A stretch of DNA of 64,000 nucleotides from an uncultured bacterium (lineage in GTDB: Bacteria > Verrucomicrobiota > Lentisphaeria > Victivallales > UBA1829). The translations under genes were made by a program, and so were the position numbers. Shown in pieces: positions 50,485 through 57,386 of this stretch. Each line of letters starts with the position of its first letter. The stretch's first letter is position 1. The stretch spans positions 64,663 through 128,662 of the forward strand of contig CACZEK010000001.1 of the NCBI GenBank assembly GCA_902780135.1, read 5' to 3'. The notes under the pieces were generated by a model. The model ran no database searches and had not been told where the DNA came from. It saw only the letters and a list, made by a program, of their open reading frames with translations.

Positions 50485-50913
50485 ATGGCAAAAACTCTCG
50501 AATTATTCTATGCAATCAAAAACGGTCAGCCATCTGTCCAGATCCATGTCACAGAGATCGTCGAAGGAAACATCAAGGACAAGCTCCAGGAGATGATGAA
50601 CGATCTGCCTGGGCCAATCGCCGAGTCATTGAAAGGAGTCCCACCAGCACGCCTTATATCGGACGATGAGGTGAATGTGCAGGATGTTTCTGTTCCGAGC
50701 AAGAAGACGTCAACGCCAAAAAAACAACCATTCCAAGCAGGGATCGGTGAAACAATTACCGAACGGCAATTATATTGCATCAAGAAACACCTGGAAAAGC
50801 AAAACCTTGACGAAACCGCTTATTGTCAGTCGTTTGGCGTGAATCGACTGGAAGACCTCCCCAAAAGTATTGCTACTGACATTGTTAGCGAGATTAAAAG
50901 TAAGAAGTACTAA
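50485..50913 (+). CDS. Hypothetical protein, paralogue of 51208-51672
   Basis: AGGAG SD; C-terminal ITERQL...FGVNRLEDL...IVSEI helical domain. Confidence 0.75.
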   Translation: MAKTLELFYAIKNGQPSVQIHVTEIVEGNIKDKLQEMMNDLPGPIAESLKGVPPARLISDDEVNVQDVSVPSKKTSTPKKQPFQAGIGETITERQLYCIKKHLEKQNLDETAYCQSFGVNRLEDLPKSIATDIVSEIKSKKY

Positions 50914-50939
50914 CCTCACCATTCAACATAGAGGATTTA

Positions 50940-51110
50940 ATGATGCAAGCTAAAATTAACGTATCGATCCCGCTGGAACACTGCGAGATCATGTTCGGTC
51001 TGGTGGATACACTCGAGCAAAAAAACGAAAACGATCCAAAACTTGTGGCGATGATCGACCTGATCCAAAAAATCGTTGAGCGGTATATGAACGCCAAAGA
51101 AAAACACTGA
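50940..51110 (+). CDS. 56-aa hypothetical protein (not in the ORF track)
   Basis: GAGGA SD; MMQAKINVSIPLEHCEIMFGLVDTLEQKNENDPKLVAMIDLIQKIVERYMNAKEKH. Confidence 0.6.
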   Translation: MMQAKINVSIPLEHCEIMFGLVDTLEQKNENDPKLVAMIDLIQKIVERYMNAKEKH

Positions 51111-51146
51111 AACCAATAAACCAAAATTCATCGAATAACCTCCCGA

Positions 51147-51177
51147 ATGACCACGACGGCCTGCCCGTCGTGGTCAT
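51147..51177. repeat. Perfect 13-bp intergenic hairpin
   Basis: ATGACCACGACGG-CCTGC-CCGTCGTGGTCAT; no T-tract. Confidence 0.85.
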
Positions 51178-51207
51178 GCTTTAACCTCAAATCGAAAGGA
51201 AATCACT

Positions 51208-51672
51208 ATGCTCAAACTCAACACCGCATATGCAAAGAAAGTCCCAGCCGATGCTGACTATTCCAGCCAGTCGTACCACGTCTCCATGGAAATCGAACTT
51301 CCAGACGGACTCACGCCTGACCAGATCAATGCGAAAATCCACGAAACCTTCGATCAGCTCCGAAACAGCGTGGAGGCCGAATTAAAAGGAAATCCTGTGC
51401 CTTATCAGACGGCTTCTCTTCCGATGGAAAACGCCCAGAACTCCCAGCAGGTGGCTTCTGCACTGCAGCAGAAAAATTACGGTAAGAGGAACGGCACGAC
51501 CTCTGATGCTCCGGCATCTCCCAAACAGATCAAGTATCTCCTCGACCTCGCAAAGATGTACGGCGTTTCGCCCGATCAGATCAAGGTCAAGTTCAACGTA
51601 TCCTCAGTCGAAAGCCTGACCAAAATTCAGTGTTCCAAAGCCATCGACGAGCTCAACGGAAAGGCGGCGTGA
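51208..51672 (+). CDS. Hypothetical protein, paralogue of 50485-50913
   Basis: AAGGA SD; C-terminal ASPKQI...FNVSSVESL...AIDEL domain. Confidence 0.8.
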   Translation: MLKLNTAYAKKVPADADYSSQSYHVSMEIELPDGLTPDQINAKIHETFDQLRNSVEAELKGNPVPYQTASLPMENAQNSQQVASALQQKNYGKRNGTTSDAPASPKQIKYLLDLAKMYGVSPDQIKVKFNVSSVESLTKIQCSKAIDELNGKAA

Positions 51673-51674
51673 AC

Positions 51675-52466
51675 ATGGAACGTGAAATTGAATCCATCCG
51701 CGATACGCCTCACTGGTCATACAGCGCGTTTCAGACCTATCTCGCCTGTCCCATGCGATATTACTTCCGGTACATCGAACATGCCGAGGTGGAGCGTACT
51801 AACGTCAGTATGCCGTTCGGAAGAGCGTTTCATGCGATCTTGAGCATCCGCGCGAAGAAGGGCATCTGTTACACGCTGGAAGACGCAAAGGAGGATTTTG
51901 CAGTCTATTTCCGAGGTGAAACTGAAGCAAGCGAAAACATTTCGTACAAGCCTGATGAGGACTACTGGTTCTGGAATCAGCGTGGCTGCGACATGCTGGA
52001 CGTGGCTCTCGCAGAATGGCCCGACGACTACAGCGTGAAGTCTGTTGCCGAAGCTTTCAGCGTGGAAGTGCCTAGTCTCAGCAAGCCCCTGGTCGGAGAA
52101 TTTGACCTTGTTACTGTTGACGGTGGAGACGAGACCATTTGCGACTGGAAGACTGCTTCTATGAAGTGGCCGAACGGAAAGGCAGATCGTGATCTTCAAG
52201 CGACCGTTTTCACCTACGCCTATCAGAAGAAGTATGGAGAGAACCCTCTGTTCCGGTTTGACGTGTTCACAAAGGCAAAAACGCCTGCTCATCACCAGTT
52301 CTACACGCTCAGAACTCAGGACGATTTCGACCGTTTTGTTTACCTCGCCGGGAAGATCGAGAAGGCCGTCAACACTGGTATCTTCCTTCCGGTCGAATCC
52401 TGCATCAACTGTGCCGAATGTGCTTACAGCAGCCGCTGTAAAGCTGCTCACAGGAAGGCAGCGTGA
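51675..52466 (+). CDS. PD-(D/E)XK nuclease, Cas4/AddB-like with Fe-S cysteines
   Basis: WSYS...LACP, GEFDLV, ICDWKT, Q...Y, C-terminal CINCAECAYSSRC. Confidence 0.88.
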   Translation: MEREIESIRDTPHWSYSAFQTYLACPMRYYFRYIEHAEVERTNVSMPFGRAFHAILSIRAKKGICYTLEDAKEDFAVYFRGETEASENISYKPDEDYWFWNQRGCDMLDVALAEWPDDYSVKSVAEAFSVEVPSLSKPLVGEFDLVTVDGGDETICDWKTASMKWPNGKADRDLQATVFTYAYQKKYGENPLFRFDVFTKAKTPAHHQFYTLRTQDDFDRFVYLAGKIEKAVNTGIFLPVESCINCAECAYSSRCKAAHRKAA

Positions 52467-52469
52467 CGC

Positions 52470-53198
52470 ATGGGACTGATTATGCAAGAAGGCAAGTTTG
52501 TCAGCAGAGACGAAGTTGCTCATGTTGACACCCCCTGTTCAACCGCCACATGGCGACCAATTCCCCATATTGACGTCATCGACGCTGTGACAAAAGTCGT
52601 CCGAGCCCATGACTGGGAAATCGAGGGTGAAAAGTTTGGTCTTGCCAGAGAAGGACAGAAGATGTTCGGAGTAGTGGAAATCTCCCGTTCATCCTCACCG
52701 GAATGGCATCGTTGCATTGGGATTCGTAACAGCCACGACAAATCCTTTGCTGTTGGGCTGTCTGCTGGAATCGTCGTCTGTGTCTGCACGAACATGGCAT
52801 TCGGTGGTACAACGGTAATCAAACGTCGCCATACAAGCGGTATTGAACTCGCTGAACTCATTGACCGGGCTGTAGCCTCTCTCGAAGACGATTTCCTGAC
52901 AACCGAAACCGTATGCGAGGATATGAAGGACCTCTACCTCAAAGACGATGACGAGGCTCGGAGTTGCATCGTGCGTGCTGCCGAACTTGGCGTTATCAAT
53001 TCGTCCGACATTCTCCCAGTCTATCGTGAGTTCAAGGAACCTTCGCATGAGGAGTTCAGAGAACCGACACGCTGGAGTCTCCTGAACGCGTTTACAGAAA
53101 CCGTGAAGAAATACTCGCCTCAGCGTGTGGATCATTCCTACCTCGCTTTGAACAGAGCCTTCGGCCTGGACGGTCGTCAAGCAGCGATCTTCGCCTGA
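52470..53198 (+). CDS. DUF932 domain protein
   Basis: TATWRPIPH, IGIRNSHDKS, VCVCTNMAF, WSLLNAFTE. Confidence 0.85.
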   Translation: MGLIMQEGKFVSRDEVAHVDTPCSTATWRPIPHIDVIDAVTKVVRAHDWEIEGEKFGLAREGQKMFGVVEISRSSSPEWHRCIGIRNSHDKSFAVGLSAGIVVCVCTNMAFGGTTVIKRRHTSGIELAELIDRAVASLEDDFLTTETVCEDMKDLYLKDDDEARSCIVRAAELGVINSSDILPVYREFKEPSHEEFREPTRWSLLNAFTETVKKYSPQRVDHSYLALNRAFGLDGRQAAIFA

Positions 53199-53225
53199 AA
53201 AAAGCTCAATCTGAATTCAGAAATT

Positions 53226-53269
53226 GTTCAGTCGGGGTAGAGGCTTTGTTGCCTCTACCTCGATTGAAC
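53226..53269. repeat. 19-bp imperfect hairpin ending the clamp operon
   Basis: GTTCAGTCGGGGTAGAGGC / GCCTCTACCTCGATTGAAC (two G-T pairs). Confidence 0.75.
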
Positions 53270-53354
53270 TCAAATTGAACACAAATCTTTTTGGAGGGGA
53301 AAAATGTTCACCAGAAAAAACAGCTTCATCCCACAAGAACCACCCGCTGACGCT

Positions 53355-53447
53355 ATGAAATGGATTGGACGGCTTCTGCTGACAGTAGTTGCCGGGATCA
53401 TCCTCGCCAAGTTCGGCGTTCGTCTTCCTGATAACATGAAGCTGTAA
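53355..53447 (+). CDS. 30-aa hydrophobic peptide (not in the ORF track)
   Basis: MKWIGRLLLTVVAGIILAKFGVRLPDNMKL; no obvious SD. Confidence 0.4.
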   Translation: MKWIGRLLLTVVAGIILAKFGVRLPDNMKL

Positions 53448-53822
53448 TACCTTGGAGAAGTCGTAATCGGCTTCTCTTTTTTGGTCAGGTAGCGGTTGTT
53501 GGTTTTTGTCTTGTGAATTTGGGTGATGATCTGTCCACACCCGTTATAATCGAAGTGAAAACGCAAGGTAGCAGGTCCCGTATAAACCGATGGCGGGTTG
53601 ACCCGTCTTGCAAATAACCGCGCGGATCCATCCTGTCGTTTGTTGCGGGGGAGAGAAAAGGTAGCTCGTCAGGGCAAAACCTGCTTGACTTTTCCTGAAA
53701 ACGTGTTAGGTTATTGTTAGGTTATCGTTAGCCTAACAAGGGCCAAACTGCCGTTTGGAACGGTTCCAAGCGGTAAAAAAATACCTACAATAGCGTTCTT
53801 CCCAACTTCGCAAAACTGAGGC

Positions 53823-53850
53823 AAAAAAAGGCCATCCGTGACGGACAGCC
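53823..53850 (-). terminator. Element-supplied terminator for tRNA-Met
   Basis: Minus strand GGCTGTCCG-TCA-CGGATGGCC followed by T7. Confidence 0.75.
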
Positions 53851-53851
53851 A

Positions 53852-53907
53852 TGAAAAATCTTTGGTAGCGGGGGTTGGAATCGAACCAACGGCCTCCAGG
53901 TTATGAG
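53852..53907. repeat. att direct repeat (right junction)
   Basis: Identical to 36308-36363; overlaps the intact tRNA. Confidence 0.97.
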
Positions 53908-53937
53908 CCTGACGAGCTACCTCTGCTCTACCCCGCA
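53863..53937 (-). tRNA. Initiator tRNA-fMet(CAT)
   Basis: 75 nt, CAT anticodon, unpaired 1:72, A11-U24 pair (initiator hallmarks), encoded CCA. Confidence 0.9.
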
Positions 53938-54296
53938 ATAACGTGTATCATATACTATATTCCGTTTTCCGGAAAATACAAGCCGGAAACCGAAAAAAAA
54001 GCGTTTTCTGCCTGAAAAAAGGTTCCGTGTATCGTATTGTCCAGGTGACATCTCCTTCCGATTCCGAGGTGCGGGGGGTGTTTTCTGCCGGGATCGAGGG
54101 GCGGCGATTTGATTTTTCCGCGCTTCGCGGTATATTATAGCGGCGGCGTGGAATGCGCTCCGCGTTTGCAGCCGGGCGCGGCGCGACCCTGTCTCGCGGC
54201 ATACGCCTGCGGGACCGCTGCCGAACGGAAAGCGGTTTTGCCGTGAAGCCGTCCGTTTCAGCCTGGGCGCGATGCCCTCGGGAAAGGAGATATGAC

Positions 54297-54695
54297 ATGA
54301 AGATCCTGCACTGCATATTCGTGTGGAGCTGTGCGGCGGCCGCTGTCTGCGGATGCGGCTGCGGGGCCCCTGAAACAGCCGCGGACGGCGTCCCGGCGGA
54401 ACAGCCATCCAAACCGGATTTGAACGGCGCGGTCCTGCTGGATGTCCGTTCGCCGGAGGAATTCGACGCGGGGCACCTGCGGGGAGCGGTCAACATCCCG
54501 CACGACCGGATCGCCGGAGAGATCGCCGCCCTCGTGCCGGACAAAACGGCGCCGGTCATTCTGTACTGCCGGTCCGGACGCCGCGCCGACACCGCGTTGC
54601 AGGCCTTGCGCGCGATGGGGTATGAACGCATTCAGAACCTCGGCGGGCTGGAAGACGCGCAGGAACGCCTCGGCCTGCCCGTGGCAAAGGAATGA
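54297..54695 (+). CDS. Rhodanese-like domain lipoprotein
   Basis: LLDVRSPEEF...GH...AVNIP, LYCRSGRRA; Cys-rich signal peptide; AAGGAG SD. Confidence 0.88.
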   Translation: MKILHCIFVWSCAAAAVCGCGCGAPETAADGVPAEQPSKPDLNGAVLLDVRSPEEFDAGHLRGAVNIPHDRIAGEIAALVPDKTAPVILYCRSGRRADTALQALRAMGYERIQNLGGLEDAQERLGLPVAKE

Positions 54696-54872
54696 TCCCG
54701 CCCTTCCCGCGTCTTTTTTCCGTGCGGGACCCTCAGCGTGCGTGAAGCCGCTGGCGGAAACGGATCCGTTTCCGAGCGCCCGGGATTCATTTTGGACTTT
54801 TTTCGGACTTTTTTCCCATTTGAGTTTGACTTTCCGCGAATCGATGATATATTAGATGAACACACCTGATGT

Positions 54873-54949
54873 GGGGTATTAGCTCAGTTGGCTAGAGCGC
54901 CTCGCTGGCAGCGAGGAGGTCATGAGTTCAAGTCTCATATACTCCACCA
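54873..54949 (+). tRNA. tRNA-Ala(GGC)
   Basis: 77 nt, G3-U70 identity pair, CCTCG-CTGGCAG-CGAGG anticodon arm, CCA; upstream TTGACT-N16-TATATT. Confidence 0.95.
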
Positions 54950-54951
54950 TT

Positions 54952-56262
54952 TGATATGCATAGGGTTTTTTGGACAGTTCCGGATGGAATTCCAAAATGC
55001 CCTTTACTTTTTTTCGGCCTCGAACTTTCGCTCCGCCTCGCATGGGGTCATCATCCCCAACCTCTGATGAGGTCGCATGTTGTTGAAAAACTCCACGAAG
55101 TCCAAAACATCTCGCCGCAAATCCTCCAGAGTGTCGTAGTAGTTGTGGGAAAGTTCTTCCCTCTTCAGACATGCAAAGAAGGATTCCATAACTGCATTGT
55201 CCAAAGGTGTTCCCGGATTTGAAAACGACTGTTTAACTCCAAGGTCCCGCAAATGCTTGCGGAATGCGTATGCGGTATACTCCGTTCCCTGATCGGAATG
55301 AAAGGTCAAGTGATTTGGTCGATTCCGTTTTTCGTATGCAGAATCAAAAAGCCTTATCATGAAACTGGCACTGGTATTTTCCGTGACATCACAGGCTACC
55401 ACCACGCGAGCAAACAGGTCAATGATGACGGCGACGGAGCACAAGACATCTTTGACATAAACATTGGAGAAATCGCTCACCCAAACGAGATTCGGAGCCG
55501 CTGTCTGAAACTTGCGTTGGACTTTGTTACGATAATACTTGTACTTCCGATTAGTCGTTGAATAATAACGGAGTCGCACTTGCTTGCAGACCAGCCCCAT
55601 TTCTTTCATGAGTCGGGAGATATGTGCTTCGCTGACCTTATATCCTTTTCGTTTGAGTTCATGTTTGATTTTCCGTGCCCCAAATCGTTCTCGGCTATCG
55701 AAAAAGATTTGCTTCACGATGGGACGAATCTTGTCATCATTGAGTTCATACCATTTTCGAACAGGAGCGCGTAGTTTGTGATGATAGTATGTCGATCTTA
55801 AAACGCCTAAAGAATTGCACAGGATATAAACGGAATAATCGGATTGCATCTGGTCAATCGCTGCAATTTTATACTCCAGAGGAACTTTTTGTAACAATCC
55901 ACTGCGATGAATAATTTCATTTTCCGTCCTGAGAGTTTGTATTTCCCGTTCAAGACGGTAAACATCCTCCGGAGTAACAGTGCGACGACATTTTCGCTTG
56001 ATTGGGGTATATTTCTGGATCCAGTTATACGCAGTGCTTTTACAAACACCAAACTTTTTACATAGAGCTGTGACTGGTGTCCCCGCACGGTACAACGCAA
56101 CAAGTTTCGCTTTTTTCTTATCAGTTTTCATGCTTGTTTAACCATTCATGATGAAGACTATGTCAAAAGCACTTATCATACAGAAACCTTTTCTTGTTCG
56201 TTTTTGTTGAGTTCAATGGTCATGTCTATTATTGTAATATATCCAAAATCCCGTTGATTACA
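54952..56262 (-). mobile_element. IS3-family insertion sequence (far end uncertain)
   Basis: TG-N18-GGACA IS3-type end at 54952; weaker candidate partner ends finishing at 56182 or 56262. Confidence 0.7.
55004..56131 (-). CDS. IS3-family transposase (OrfA-OrfB in one frame)
   Basis: HTH N-terminus; WVSD, FHSDQG, DNAVMESFF...KRE DDE triad. Confidence 0.93.
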   Translation of the reverse strand: MKTDKKKAKLVALYRAGTPVTALCKKFGVCKSTAYNWIQKYTPIKRKCRRTVTPEDVYRLEREIQTLRTENEIIHRSGLLQKVPLEYKIAAIDQMQSDYSVYILCNSLGVLRSTYYHHKLRAPVRKWYELNDDKIRPIVKQIFFDSRERFGARKIKHELKRKGYKVSEAHISRLMKEMGLVCKQVRLRYYSTTNRKYKYYRNKVQRKFQTAAPNLVWVSDFSNVYVKDVLCSVAVIIDLFARVVVACDVTENTSASFMIRLFDSAYEKRNRPNHLTFHSDQGTEYTAYAFRKHLRDLGVKQSFSNPGTPLDNAVMESFFACLKREELSHNYYDTLEDLRRDVLDFVEFFNNMRPHQRLGMMTPCEAERKFEAEKK

Positions 56263-56760
56263 AGAAAAATGAACATATAGTGGTATCTTATATTTTTTCC
56301 CCGTAAGAGTCAAGTGTTTTTCTGAAAAAAGAGGATGTTAGGATCAATGATCACGGTCGCTGAAGGCATAGACGGCGGCTTCGAGCTGGGCTTTTGCGTT
56401 GGAGGCGTTGATGACGGCTGCAAGAAGACTTATAACATAGCGCAGGAACGCCGCTTTGTCAAGGGGAAACCGGCATCATTTCCCGAACAGAACTTTTTTC
56501 TGACTTTTTTGATAAAACGATTTGATTTTTGCGAGAAACATACTATATTAATTATTGTACTTCATTTGGGGTATGGGGAATTACTGTTTTGTTGACGAGA
56601 GTCAGCATAAAGAATTCTCAGTTCTTTTTCAAATCACGAGAGAAATTATTTGAGGTTGACGCCGTTTTGGGTTTTGGTCCCTAACAAACTCGCTTCTTCC
56701 TCGGAATAACTGGTCTGCTTTTTTCGGTGTTTCTTCGCAGGAATTGACCGAAAAGCACAG

Positions 56761-56822
56761 TCTGAGCTCAGACCGGATAAAGATAGGAGGACGGTAGTCC
56801 GAATCTCGGGTACTCCACCATT
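56761..56822 (+). pseudogene. Decayed tRNA-Ala-like copy / att relic
   Basis: AGCTCAG, GGAGG, GTCCGAATCTC and TACTCCACCATT are colinear with tRNA-Ala(GGC); the anticodon arm is missing. Confidence 0.45.
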
Positions 56823-56938
56823 GAATTCTCCGCCGGTCACATTAGACCGGCTTATTTTTTGCCTTTCTCCCCCACAAATCCGAGTTCAGCGGGACTTTGA
56901 GGGAGCTTTCGGAGGAGGTCTTTCGAGGACATTTCGTT

Positions 56939-57006
56939 CTCAAAACGCCCCTGATTCTCAGTTTTTGAGAATCCCGGAGCAGGTCAGTCCTGCTCGGCGT
57001 TTTGAG
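56939..57006. other. Perfectly paired three-way-junction structure (candidate ncRNA or ssDNA site)
   Basis: 11-bp outer stem with 8-bp and 7-bp inner hairpins. Confidence 0.6.
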
Positions 57007-57386
57007 GTTAAATCGCACTCGGAGTTAACTTAACGATAGGGTTTGAGGTCAAATATGCGTTTTTTCTCAAACTTTTCCTCTAAATGACCTGCTCGCAAGC
57101 TCAAAAAGGGGTAGTGCTTGAGAGAACGCTTTCGCGGGCTATCCCCAAATTAATAGGTTATGGGATAGAATCTCCAAAAAGATTTGATTCATCATATATC
57201 TTGTTCGTTCCCAAAACACATAATGACACCACGTTCTTCGCGCTTACAACGTGTCTGCAAATCACGTTTTTGGCGCGAATAACGTGAATATTCTTCGCAA
57301 AAAGCGCATGAACGGCACGTTTTCCACTTGCAATTCAGCTTTCTTGTGGTATAGTATGGTCAGAACAGCAACACCGGAGGTGCGAC

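Larger units (their letters stand above)
36308..53907. mobile_element. Integrative element / genomic island in initiator tRNA-Met
   Basis: 56-bp direct repeats, adjacent tyrosine integrase, lower GC than the flanks, R-M and DNA-processing cargo. Confidence 0.95.

Noticed and set aside
53217-53566. Minus-strand ORFs of 98-107 aa at the element end
   Set aside because: No SD, no motifs, and they overlap hairpins and the more plausible plus-strand micro-ORF.
36308-53907. Prophage
   Set aside because: No capsid, terminase, tail or lysis genes are recognisable; the inovirus-Gp2-like gene alone is insufficient.
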